64,000 nt of DNA from an uncultured Chthonomonadaceae bacterium (GCA_963817895.1 CAWFQB010000005.1:512001-576000); one strand, 5' to 3'; positions 1-10,883 are shown, counted from the stretch's first letter. Notes: a model not told the origin generated them from the letters alone. Program-made: numbers and translations.

Positions 1-2
1 TT

Positions 3-287
3 ACGGGGCGGTACTTCTTTAATAATAGCGCCGATCAAGCCGGTTTCCTCTACGATCACGGGACGTACTACACGCTGCAATATCCGGGCGCGCAGTTCAC
101 AAACGTAACATACGGCGCCATCAACGACCACAACCAGATCGTCGGCTTCTATCAGGATGCCAACGGCGCGGATCATGGCCTGCTGATACAGATCACGCCC
201 GAACCCGGCAGCGTGGCTTTGCTGACCGGCATGGTAGTTAGCGGCGGATTATTGCTGCGCCGCGCCCGAAAGCGCCGCGTTTCCTGA
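3..287 (+). CDS. PEP-CTERM sorting domain protein, 3' end (partial)
   Basis: Hand translation: ...GAINDHNQIVGFYQDANGADHGLLIQITPEPGSVALLTGMVVSGGLLLRRARKRRVS*; PEP motif, hydrophobic helix and basic tail. Not in ORF track. Confidence 0.9.
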   Translation, partial: TGRYFFNNSADQAGFLYDHGTYYTLQYPGAQFTNVTYGAINDHNQIVGFYQDANGADHGLLIQITPEPGSVALLTGMVVSGGLLLRRARKRRVS

Positions 288-321
288 CGCCAGCGAACAG
301 ACTAAATGCCTCTTTAGCACA

Positions 322-460
322 GTGACCACTCCCCCGGCGTTTACGCCGGGGCTTCTATCCCGTCAAGCGGGAGCACTGTATTGCTCCACAGCGATTTTAA
401 GTAAGAAGGTTCCTGGCGGCGTTCACGTCCCTATTCAGCACAAGGCCCCCGGCGCATCTG
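322..460 (-). mobile_element. IS200/IS605-family remnant: tnpB 3' tip plus right end
   Basis: Minus strand encodes HRCAGGLVLNRDVNAARNLLT* (resembles the TnpB RDxNAAxN C-terminus), followed by GAAGCCCCGGCGTAAACGCCGGGGGAGTGGTCAC (subterminal hairpin ending in TCAC). Confidence 0.75.
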
Positions 461-606
461 TGAGGAATCGCGCCCCGCTGCAAGGACCAGACGAGGAACA
501 GCACACTGCCAAATTGCCGCCGCCAGTTTAACGCGCTCTCTGCGCGTCCTGACGCGGTTGAAAGGCATGTGTGTCCGGGGCATGTACTGTCTGAGGAGCG
601 GCGAGC

Positions 607-1107
607 ATGAAGCAAGTACAGGAAGCGGGCAAGCTGATTGTGAGCAAGGGCGAATACGCGAAGAGACAGAGCCAGCGAGCCGGACAAGGTTTGCTGGGAA
701 CAGGGCTGTATGTCTCTGCGGTTGTGTGTGGATTTTTGGCTGTGTCTTTGCTCGTCGTTTTCTGGCAGACTCTGATGCTCTACAAACAGAAGGTAGGCAC
801 TTCTGATGACATAGTAATTTTCCAGTTGAGTGCCATGCTCGGATTTGTTATCCTCAGCGCGCTCTGTGCAGGAACCTGGTTTTTCCGCAAGTCGGCTTTA
901 CTTATTCTCAAGCAGGCGAAAGAAATGGAAATGGGCATTCCCCTCACCCGCGCCAACACTGCCAACCTACCCACCCTCAACAGCCTGGTACGCGCCAGTC
1001 AGGAACCCATTCAGGCGCAAGGGGCCGTGCTGCTGCGAGCGGCTGTGGGAACGCAGGAGAGGCCGCAGGAACAACTGCTCAGGGCGTCGGCAAAAGAGCA
1101 GGATTAA
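607..1107 (+). CDS. Hypothetical two-TM membrane protein
   Basis: 166 aa ORF, RBS-like GAGGAG upstream, two hydrophobic segments, C-terminal LVRAS/LLRA repeats. Confidence 0.7.
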   Translation: MKQVQEAGKLIVSKGEYAKRQSQRAGQGLLGTGLYVSAVVCGFLAVSLLVVFWQTLMLYKQKVGTSDDIVIFQLSAMLGFVILSALCAGTWFFRKSALLILKQAKEMEMGIPLTRANTANLPTLNSLVRASQEPIQAQGAVLLRAAVGTQERPQEQLLRASAKEQD

Positions 1108-1290
1108 AACCGGCGCGGCGCGGTTTTCGGTTGTTACGGCAAACTGGTTCCCCTGCGGCGAAAAGTCGCCCCGCGTATAATCCGCGCTCTGCAAAGGTTG
1201 CGCCCATCACTGTCAAGCCGGAACCGCCTTTTTCGGTCAGGGAACACACAAACGCTTCGTCCTCCGTTTCGCGCTCCAGATTATACAGGT

Positions 1291-1437
1291 ACAGCGATAA
1301 AATGTCTGTTCCGTAATGCCAGGTTTACGGCAGGCGTCGGCGACCAACGTGCCGCCTTCCACCAACCTCAAGGTGGCGACGATCTGTTCCTGCGTGAACT
1401 CTTCTTCATGGTCTGGTTCATTCAGAAGGAAAGTTCA
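1291..1437 (-). pseudogene. IS3-family transposase orfA N-terminal remnant
   Basis: Minus strand reads MKK/FTQEQIVATLRLVEGGTLVADACRKPGITEQTFYR (IS3/IS407-type HTH). It is frameshifted after codon 3 and truncated. Confidence 0.75.
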
Positions 1438-1591
1438 AGATATGCCCGCTCCTCACCTTCCAAACAGTCCAGATTTTCGGGAATGTGTCACTTATGGCGA
1501 AGACGCATTGTGCCAGAGATCGACAGACAAGCCCCCGGCTGTAAGGAGGAACCATATCTGCGTTGAATATTATCCTGTACTCGGAACAGAG

Positions 1592-4500
1592 TTACGGTGA
1601 TGAGGTAATGTGCGTGGCATCGGCAAACCATATTTTAGCGCCATCGTAAGAGCCGATTACGAGACGCTTGCCGTCAGGAGAGAAAGCAACCACCTGGAGT
1701 TCTCCCGAGCCTGTAAAGCCTTTTAGCGTGAGCAGTTCCTGGCCGCTGTGGGCGTCCCATATCTTCACCGTTTTATCTGCATAGCCCGTAGCGATGCGTT
1801 TGCCGTCCGGGGAGAAAGCGACAGAACTGACTAGGCTGACATATCCTTTCAGGATGAACTGCTCCTTTCCTGTTGCCACGTTCCATACGCTCACTATGCC
1901 GTCTTCGCTGCTCGCTGCAAGCTGCCTGCCATTCGGAGAGAAAGCAACCGCTCTAACGTCGGCTGAAAGTCCTGTGAATCCGGGAAGTTCCTTGCCGGTG
2001 AGACTGAAAATCTCCTTGCCGGTGACGGCATCATATACCTTCACCACTCTATTCCTGCCGCCTATAGCGATGCGCTTGCCGTCAGAAGACAGGGCTGCCG
2101 AGGTGTAATTGCGCGTGTCTGTTTTGAGATTGAGAAGTTCCTTGCCCGTAATCGTGTCCCAAACGTGGACGGTTTTACCCCAGCTGTCTGCCGTGAGGAT
2201 GCGTTTCCCGTCCGGGAAGAAAGCGGCAAACTCGACTGGAGATGTATGCCCTTTGAGTTTGAGAAGTTCCTTGCCGGTTGCCACCTCCCACACCCTGGTT
2301 GTATATTCTTTTGCGGTGTAGTCTGCGCTGCCCGTTACAAGCCGCTTGCCATTCGGAGAAAAGGCCGCAGCATTTATTACTTCGCCTTTTGCAAATCTCT
2401 GTATGGGTGTCAGGATTTCCTTTCCTGTTGTTGTGTCCCACATAGCGAATTTGAGCCCGCCTGTTACAAGCCGCTTGCTGTCAGGAGAAAAGGCAACTGT
2501 GTAGACATTGCTGGATTCTTTGCGAAGCGTAAGAGACTCCCGGCTGCTCTGTGGCGTCCATATCTTTGCCGTACCGTCCATACTGCCGGTAGCAATTCGC
2601 TTGCCATCAGGAGAAATCGCAACCCCCAAAACGTGATACTTATGTCCCTTGAGGGTAAGCGGATTGCGGTAATCCGCATCCCATGCTGTGCCGTCCTGTC
2701 CAGCCTTTCTACTCCACACGATTGCTGTGCTGTCTTCACGGCCTGCGACAATCCCAAGATTAGGCGAGAAGGCGATACATGTAATGCCGCCGGTATGTTC
2801 AAGAGGTACGCGAGTCGCTTTGTCGGTTGTCACGTCCCATACGCTTACGCCTTCGTTGCTGCGGCTGCTGACAAGGAGTTCGCTGTCGGAAACGAAGACG
2901 ATGGGATCGACGGACGCAAAAAACAGTGTGTTGAGCGCCTTGCCGGTTGCGGCCTCCCGTACCGTTATGTCATTTCCACCGGCTGTTGCGATGCGCTTGC
3001 CGTCAGGAGAGTAAACAACGGATCTGTAGAATGGTCATTCAGGGTGAACAGTTCCTGACCTGTCTGTGCGTCCCACACTCTTGCCGTTGTGTCGTTACTG
3101 CCCGTGACGAGTCGCTTGCTATCAGGAGAAAACGCAACAGACGCGACAACGCTGGTATGTCCATTAAGCGTCAGCAGCACCTTGCCTGTCTGCGCGTCCC
3201 ACACCCTGGCTGTCTTATCTTCACTGCCGGTTGCGATGCGCCTGCCATCAGGAGAGACTGCGACGGACACAACGGCGGAGGTATGCCCCTTGCAGGTGAA
3301 CAGTTCCTGACCTGTCTGTGCGTCCCACACCTTTGCGGTTTTGTCATAACTGCCCGTAACGAGACGCTTGCCATCGGGAGAAAACGCAACAGACTTGACA
3401 ACGCTGGTATGTCCGTTGAGGGTGAGCTTGTCTCGATGACAAAGCCATTTCCAGTACTCCCATTCGAACATGCCGCGCCCGCGCGCACTAGTCTGGTCGA
3501 GCAGTTCCCTTAAATTTCCAATGCTGTTGGTTTCCCAATCGCGCTGTATCAAAGCCATGTCCGCGACATACAGGTTGCGGTTGGCTTCTGCGGCGTTACG
3601 CTGTGCGGCAATTTTGGCCTTTGACTCAGAGTGACGAGCGTTGTTGGCAGCGTGAGCGGACCGTTTTGCCGCTTCACTCTGCTTCACTTCGCGGACGGCG
3701 GCGTCCCGCGCCCTCTGCGTCTGCCGGACGGCTTCTGTTTTGGCATCTTCAGCCTTTTGCCGCGGCCTTAGCCCTTATCAGCGCGTCCGACTTGACTGCC
3801 TCGCTCCTCCGGGCGTTCTCCGCGCTCTTGTTCGCATCTTCGGTCTTCCGGGTGGCAATCAAAGCGTTGCGATTGGCGCGGTCGGTTTCGTCACGCGCAA
3901 CGCGGGCGTTGTGGACAGCCCACACAGCGAGGGAGGCAACGACACTCAGCACCAGGCCGGAAATTGCTCCTGCCAGGGACAGACCCCGCTTGAAGGCTTG
4001 CTTCTGTCTTCGGAGTTCCGCGTCAGGGAGGTGCTGCTCGACCCACGCCACATCAAAGACTTGCGCGTAGATGCGATTTCGCACTCGCAAATCTCCCTCC
4101 ACTACTTTGACGATCCCGGACAGGCGCAGCACGTCGTGCAGAGGATTGGTGGCGTCATCCCGGAATTTGCGGCCGCGCAGCAGTTGGCGGTACAAATCGA
4201 GGAGAGCAGTCCTGTCCACGTCCCCATGCAGCAGGCGACTGCGCGCGAACGCCAGATTGTCGTCTGCCAGCTGTGCCCGCTTGCTCAGGAACAGGGCTTC
4301 ACACGCGCTGTCCACATCCCGCCGAGTCAACGGTTCTGCCTGCGCCGTCTGTTCGCCCGTCTGCTCCGCAAGCGCCCGGCACAACATCTGCGTCAGGTAA
4401 GGATGCCCGTCCGTCCAGTACAAAATACAATTCAGGGTTGAAGCCGGGGAGAAAGGAAACAGGAGAAATGAGAAAGTCTGTGCCTCGCTGCTTTCTCCTG

Positions 4501-5169
4501 TTTCCTTTCTCCTTTCTCCTAATCCCTGTGCGAGTGGCGCGGCTTCTTCCGGGGTGAAATCGGTCAGTTCTATTCGGGTGCCGATGTTGAAGGGCGTGGT
4601 GCGAGGGTCGCGGATCAAGTCGGTGGGGGCCGCTACGCCGAGCAGACAAAAGGTAAGGCGCGTATAGGCGACATCCTGCGCGCGACGGTTGTAACACTCG
4701 CGGATACCGGCGAAAAATTCATCGGTGGAGAACGGCAGGCTGCGAACCGCGTCGATCTCGTCCACGAAGATGCAGATGGGGTGAGCGTCCTGTAAAACGA
4801 TCTGGCGCAGAGCCATCATCCACTTCTGCATCGGTGACAGACGTTCATGCCGCAGCCAGAAGGCTTCCAATTCGTCTTCCAGATGCAATTGCTCGGCGAT
4901 CAGGGTGAGCAGGCCATCGTACCACGCTTCCACGCTCACGTTCTGGCCGATAGCGGTCAAATCAAGGACGGCGACGCGAACGCCTTCCGCGCGCAAGGCT
5001 TGCGCGGTTCGCACCATGAGGGAGGATTTGCCGATCTGCCGCGTGTTGAGGACGTAGCAAAACTCGCTCTGCCGCAGCGCTGCCAGCAAATCCGTGTCGG
5101 CGCAGCGCGCGACATAAAATCCGCGTTAAGGGGCAGTGTGCCGCCGGTGATATAAAAGTTGTCGCGCAT
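1592..5169 (-). CDS. AAA-like (AAA_35-type) NTPase + TM/coiled-coil + WD40 repeat protein, split by frameshifts
   Basis: Start MRDNFYITGGTL at 5169; Walker A-like TRQIGKSS and Walker B IFVDEID (3749..5089); many GH..V..VAFSPDG..W-D repeats (2965..3687, 1592..2833). Confidence 0.85.
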
Positions 5170-5321
5170 GGGTTTTGGGCCGTAATCTTGTCCGCTCAAT
5201 TAAAAAAGGCAAGCGCGTTCGCGCGGCGCGGTTCACGACGGCAGATTTGCCGCCGCGCCGGAAGCGGGCTGCTATTATTCTTGCACAAGATCGAGCGAAA
5301 TTTACGCGAGGAACCCCATTG

Positions 5322-5396
5322 GTCACGCAATGCCGCAAAAGCAGTCACGCTGGTCACGTTAGCGTCACGCTGCCGTCACGCGGGTTGGCATATACT
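5322..5396 (+). promoter_or_regulatory. GTCACG direct-repeat array (OmpR/PhoB-type boxes) and -10 TATACT
   Basis: GTCACG at 5322, 5344, 5353, 5364 and 5375 (last three at 11-bp period); TATACT at 5391-5396. Confidence 0.55.
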
Positions 5397-5505
5397 GAAC
5401 ATGACCCTGCCGCAAGCGCGGCGAGATAATCACTCTGCGCTATCCGCTGCCCGGAAACATTCGGCGCAGCCACTCATTGAACATTGAACAATGGAACATT
5501 GAACG

Positions 5506-6297
5506 ATGAAAAGGAAGACCATGCGAACTCACACACCCAACACGCGGCATTTAACCCGCAACCGGGCTTTCACTCTGATTGAACTGCTCGTAGTCATTGC
5601 CATTATCGCCATTCTTGCGGCGATACTGTTTCCCGTGTTTGCCCAGGCGCGGGAAAAGGCGCGTTCCACTTCGTGTCTGAGCAACACGAAACAGATTGGC
5701 CTGGCAACCGCGCAGTACACGCAGGACTATGACGAAATGGCGACGCCCGCGGAAATGCGCCCTTCGGATACTCTGCCTATCACCTGGGCGCAACTGCTCA
5801 CGCCGTACACCAAAAACGCGCAAATACAGCGCTGTCCCAGCGCGGCCAACAGAACAGCGGTCAGCGCCTTTCTTACCAATCCCGGCCCCTCCGGCTTTGT
5901 CAATCCCACGCATCTGGACTACGTGATGAACGCGCGGGCGGGATACAACCAGTATTACACGCTTGCCCTCGCGCAGGTCAACAATCCCGCCGGATGGGTC
6001 TATGTTTGCGATGGCGCGACACAGGCCGACCCTACCGCAAAGGACAAGCATTATATCACGGCCGCTTCCCCTTACAAACCGACGGCCTATATGCTGGAGG
6101 ATATGGCGGGAATGCCGAACTGGCCGGATTCAGCGCAGTTTGTGGCTTCAACCAATACGGAGTGGGCCGCGCCCATTCTGCGGCATCAGGGCCTGACAAA
6201 TACCCTGTTCTTTGATGGTCATGCCAAAGCCGCACACGCGGATCAGTGGTACTACCCGAATACGCCCTGGCTGGACCCGGCAGGCGCGGGCAACTAA
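5506..6297 (+). CDS. DUF1559 / prepilin-type N-terminal cleavage-methylation protein with H-X9-DG motif
   Basis: [33 protein letters not shown]...C.SN.KQIGLA; C-terminal [16 protein letters not shown]. Confidence 0.95.
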   Translation: MKRKTMRTHTPNTRHLTRNRAFTLIELLVVIAIIAILAAILFPVFAQAREKARSTSCLSNTKQIGLATAQYTQDYDEMATPAEMRPSDTLPITWAQLLTPYTKNAQIQRCPSAANRTAVSAFLTNPGPSGFVNPTHLDYVMNARAGYNQYYTLALAQVNNPAGWVYVCDGATQADPTAKDKHYITAASPYKPTAYMLEDMAGMPNWPDSAQFVASTNTEWAAPILRHQGLTNTLFFDGHAKAAHADQWYYPNTPWLDPAGAGN

Positions 6298-6427
6298 GAA
6301 CCTGTTCCAAATGGCCCTCAACCCCTGACCCCTTCTCCCAAAGTTGGGAGAAGGGGAACCTGTTGAGATAAACGTCCAATTACGAGCAACACACTCTCAA
6401 CGACTTGCGCCGTGAAAAGGAGACACC

Positions 6428-8769
6428 ATGAAGACGCTGTTTTCCGCATTGACATCACCAATAAACTTACGCTCAGGGCGGCGAACTTGCCTGCGAAATG
6501 CGCTGATGCTCGGCTGTGTTCTCGCCGTCAGCCTGTTTGCCCCCGCGCTTGCCCATGCCGACGCGGTTGTGACCGAGCCGACGGAAGCCGCGCTCGACGC
6601 GGCGCTGGCGCAGGTAGCGAAGGGCGGAACCATTACCTTCGCCTGTGACGGAACCATCCCCATCACGAACACGAAAAAGATTACTGCCGTTTCTACTACA
6701 TCCCCTACCGTCACGCTGGATGCCACCGGACACAACATCACTCTGGATGGCGGTGGCAAAACCACTCTGTTCTCTGCAACAGGACACATACAATATAATC
6801 CGATTGAGGACGTTAACATCCGCTACAGAGCGTCCATCGTTTTCAAGAGCCTGACGTTGACCAATAGCGCGGGCAGAGCCGTGTCAGCCAACCTGGGGAA
6901 TGTGACGGCCTCCAATTGCGCTTTTACCAACAATGGCGGTATCGTTGTCACCGGCGGCAATTTGAACGCCACCAACTGTTCGTTCACCAATAATACCGCT
7001 GCTTCGGGAGGAGCCGCGCAGGGCAGCAACGGAAGCATGACGGCTTCCTATTGTACCTTTGTCAACAATGTCGCTTCTTCCGGGGGCGCGCTACAGGGTT
7101 CTTCACTGATAGTGACTTCGCATTGCGCCTTCCTCAACAATCGCGCTACGAATGGCAATGGCGGAGCCATCTGCAACACTGTCAATGGCGTGTCGCTTTC
7201 AGACAGCGTGTTTGCGGGCAACTCCGCCGAGTACCCCGGCACCGGCGCGTCAGGCGGCGCGGTCTATTACGGGGGGCGAGGCGGCGCAAACACGATTACG
7301 CGTTGCGCTTTCCTCAACAACGCTGTAAGCGCCTCCGATGCCAGCATTGTTACCGGCGGCGCGCTGATGGCGGACGGCCCCTCATCTCCTACCAGCATAA
7401 CCAACTGCACGTTTGTGGGCAATCGCGCGGCAGGCGGGGGCGCAGCGGCAGGCGGCGCGATTTACTTTATCAGCTCCATGTACGGCGAACCAACAACCGT
7501 ATCACAAACTGCACGATTTCTGGAAACAATGCGACAGGCGGGCAGGGCAGCGCGGGTTCCGGCGGCGGCATTTACGACAACACGGCAATGCTTACGCTCG
7601 TCAACACGATTGTCGCCAACAACACCGCCAGCACGAGCGGCAACAATGGCAGGGGAACCCTCACGGATGGCGGCCACAATCTTTGTTCGGACACATCCTG
7701 CGGCTTTACTTTTGCTTCCAGCCTCAACAACACCGACCCCCACTTTGGCCCGCTCATCTATCCCGGCAACGCTGCCCCTACCCTCTCGCTGCTGGCAGGC
7801 AGTCCGGCCATAGACGCGGGCGACGACAGTTACGCGCCCACAACCGATCAGCGTGGAGCGGCTCGCGTGGGCGTAAGCGACATCGGCGCGTATGAGCGTC
7901 CACTCTGGCAGGTGGATAGTTTAGCTGTTGGCTCGGACGCCAAAACGCGACTGCTGTGGAACAAGAGCAATGCCGCCGCGCAGTTGTGGAACGTGGACAC
8001 GAACACGGGCGCGTACAGCATGTTCTGGCAGGGCGGGCTGTCAAGCGCGGGAACCATCACGAGCGTTACCGTTGGCGGCGATAGCGCCACCAATTTGCTG
8101 TGGCAGAACACGCAGGGACGCGCCCAACTGTGGCGGGTGAACACGACAACGGGAGCAGTCCTCAACCAGCATAGTTATGGCCCCAACGCGGGCTGGACAG
8201 TCTCTTCACTGGCAGTGGGAAGCGACAACCAACAACGGGTGCTGTGGAACAACCAGAACGGTTCCACGTTTCTGTGGAACGTCAACAGCGGCACGGGCAA
8301 CATTGGATGGGGCGCGTTCTACGATGTCATTCCCAACTGGACGGCAACGGCGCTGGCAGTCGGCGCGGATGGCAACCTGCGGGTCTTGTGGAACAACGCG
8401 AGCGGACAGATGTTTCTGTGGAGCGTCAACACCACAAGCGGGCAACTCGTCTCAGGAGCCTCCTTCGGCCCGGTTCCTGGTTGGACAGCAACGAACATCG
8501 CGTGTGGCAGGGACAACAACATTCGCGTCCTTTGGCAGAACGTCAGCGGCCAAACCTTTGTGTGGAGCGTGGACACGATAACCGCGCAGATCGTGTCGGG
8601 CTGCACATTCGCGCCCCGAACCGGCTGGAACGCGGCGGGCATTGCGGTAGGAGATGGCAACAACACGCGGGTTCTGTGGCAGAAACTGGATGGAACTGTG
8701 GAACTGTGGAATGTGGACACCGTAACCGGCGCAACGCTTTCCACGCAGAACTATGGCCCCCTGCCATAA
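6428..8769 (+). CDS. Secreted beta-helix (Pmp/choice-of-anchor Q-like) protein with C-terminal Trp-rich repeats; one frameshift near 7495
   Basis: Signal peptide ending AHA, F.NN.A..GGA repeats, L.AGSPAIDAG...DQRG..R...DIGAYE, then about six LAVG.D..R.LW.N..G...LW.V repeats. Confidence 0.85.
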
Positions 8770-8868
8770 CCGACAAAAAACTCACGGCGCAGAATAGCCG
8801 CTTCCTTGCGCAGGGCGCATTTTAGCCGCGCGGCCAACTTGCATAGAAAGTCAAGTCGGAGAGGAGGA

Positions 8869-9474
8869 TTATCGTTCCTCCTCCTCCGGCCCATTGAGCA
8901 ACGTGGGCGCGGCGCGGGGCGCGGGCGGCGGCGTATAGGTGGGAATGGGGGCCGGGGTGCTGCCGCCTGCAAGCGCGGGCAGAGATTGTTCCGCCGCAGA
9001 CAGCAGGGCAGACAACAGCCCGGCATCCCTCGCGCGCAGTATGTCGGCGTCATCCAGCGTTTTGCCGGATGGCACGACGACATGGCCTCGTATGTCGGTG
9101 ACATCCATTGTCAGGATACGGCCAATATAGCGGCGGGATTCGCGGTACTCTTCCACGCTGTCGAGCAGCCGCGCTTCCTTCGCGTTTTCCGTTTTGGCGT
9201 ATTGCGTTTGTACGGTTTCGCGTAAATCCTGCGTCTGCCCCTGCACGACCGCGCCCGCCAATGCCGCCAGTTTGCCCGCCTGCCGCGCCCGCGCCAGTAT
9301 CGCGTCGTCTATGCGCTGCCCCGCTTCGGCCAGCGTGTTACCCGCATCGTCCGTCACGGCCACGCCCGCAACCCTGCCCCGCGCAAAATCCGCCTGTTTC
9401 TCCCCGACCGCTTTTTCCGCTTTGCCGCGCAGCCCCTTCAACCAACCGCCAATACCGCCCAATTCTTCAGTCAT
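8869..9474 (-). CDS. Hypothetical protein with internal duplication
   Basis: 201 aa ORF with two copies of GR....VTD..G......G...DDA...RAR..G.L..L. Confidence 0.7.
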   Translation of the reverse strand: MTEELGGIGGWLKGLRGKAEKAVGEKQADFARGRVAGVAVTDDAGNTLAEAGQRIDDAILARARQAGKLAALAGAVVQGQTQDLRETVQTQYAKTENAKEARLLDSVEEYRESRRYIGRILTMDVTDIRGHVVVPSGKTLDDADILRARDAGLLSALLSAAEQSLPALAGGSTPAPIPTYTPPPAPRAAPTLLNGPEEEER

Positions 9475-9500
9475 ACTGTTCCCACCTGACTTTCTATGTA

Positions 9501-9621
9501 ACTATTCACCACCAAGTCACCAAGAACACCAAGAAATGCAAAGAGAAAAACTTCGATGAAGATTGCCGCAAAATATTTTCTTTTCTCTCTTGGTGTTCTT
9601 GGTGACTTGGTGGTGAATAGT
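9501..9621. repeat. Inverted nonamer (CACCAAGAA-type) repeat element
   Basis: ACTATTCACCACCAAGTCACCAAGAACACCAAGA ... TCTTGGTGTTCTTGGTGACTTGGTGGTGAATAGT, perfect arms of about 34 bp. Confidence 0.9.
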
Positions 9622-9631
9622 CGCCTTTCGA

Positions 9632-10324
9632 TCACCCCTCAACTCTCTGCAACGGCGACTCCGCCAGCCGTTTGTCAAGCAGGCCGGGAAAGCGTTCCAG
9701 CCACATCTGGTTGAGCGGGGACGGGTGCGGCAGGGGCGCGAGCGTGACCGTTTTTTCCACAACCTGCCCGTCACATTCGGCTTTCAGGATACACGTAAAC
9801 TCCGACTCGAACTTGTCCGGCTGTTTCCAGAAAGCGTCAAACTCCTTGCGGTCGGCATACGGCTTGAACCAGTCGAACGCTTCGGTTCCCATCGTGATAA
9901 TGTAGTTGCCCGCGAAGTGGCAGACAAGCAACTGCGCGACATACGGACGCAGGCGTTCTTTGACGCTCGTGGGATACGCCTTGTTGCCGACGGGTTTATA
10001 CGGAACCGTATTTGTCAGCAGCACATGCTCTGCCGCATCCGCAAGCCGCGTATCTTTTAAGGGCGGATCGGAATCGAACAAATATCGGTACACAGCCTTG
10101 CGAACGCGCTGCCCCGCATCCCCGATCAGCGGTTCGCCCTTCAAAACTTCGTGCCGTCCCAGATCACGCGCAAAAAACGCTACGGATGTATCTAATTGAC
10201 CGCCGAACAGAATGGGCTTGTTCGGGTCTTTCTTCGCTTCCGTGTACACGTCCATATCCAGCGAAATCTCGCCCTTCCGCGCTTCAGCCTCAATTCGCGC
10301 GTTCAGTTCTTCCAGCGTCGCCAT
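9632..10324 (-). CDS. Uracil-DNA glycosylase superfamily protein
   Basis: GEPLIGDAGQ, LTNTVPYKP and HPSPLN motifs. Confidence 0.85.
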   Translation of the reverse strand: MATLEELNARIEAEARKGEISLDMDVYTEAKKDPNKPILFGGQLDTSVAFFARDLGRHEVLKGEPLIGDAGQRVRKAVYRYLFDSDPPLKDTRLADAAEHVLLTNTVPYKPVGNKAYPTSVKERLRPYVAQLLVCHFAGNYIITMGTEAFDWFKPYADRKEFDAFWKQPDKFESEFTCILKAECDGQVVEKTVTLAPLPHPSPLNQMWLERFPGLLDKRLAESPLQRVEG

Positions 10325-10535
10325 GCCGGCTCCTTTGAGTTGTTAGGTTGTTAGGTTGTTAAGTTGTTGGTATTCAGGTGACGGTGGAAAATTTATTTCT
10401 CAATACATCTTGAATACGAAACCGATACAACATTTATACTCCATACCTGCCGACAAAAGGGGAAACATGCGCCTCTCTCCATCCGTCCGACAGCAAACGC
10501 GAGGAATTACAGCCAGAAGAATTATGGAGTACGCC

Positions 10536-10883
10536 ATGAGAACAACGCAGCAGATGCAGGATGAGAACATCAGCGGGGATAATCCGATGGGTCTGGAAGT
10601 GTATTCGTCGGATGGGCAACTTATCGGGCGTATTCACGGGTATGTGGACGAAACGCCGGACGATGAGGCGGATACAGCAGAAGGGGCCGTTGACCTGACG
10701 GATCGCGCCGGACATTTGTTGGGCGAACGCCGCGTCATCATAGACGGACAGGGGTTTGTCACGCAGGCCCAGATCGCCGTTCCGCTTTCCCAACTTGCCC
10801 TCGACTACAAAGGCCGCCGCGCCACGCTGCCCCTGACTCTCGCCGAAATTGAGCAAATCCCGCATCATCTGCCGGAGATGTAA
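10536..10883 (+). CDS. PRC-barrel-like protein
   Basis: MGLEVYSSDGQLIGRI...IAVPLSQL...LPLTLAEIEQIP pattern; GGAG RBS upstream. Confidence 0.7.
   Translation: MRTTQQMQDENISGDNPMGLEVYSSDGQLIGRIHGYVDETPDDEADTAEGAVDLTDRAGHLLGERRVIIDGQGFVTQAQIAVPLSQLALDYKGRRATLPLTLAEIEQIPHHLPEM

Noticed and set aside
397..687. 96-aa ORF as an intact tnpB
   Set aside because: Only the last 20 or so residues resemble TnpB, and the 5' part overlaps the opposite-strand gene.
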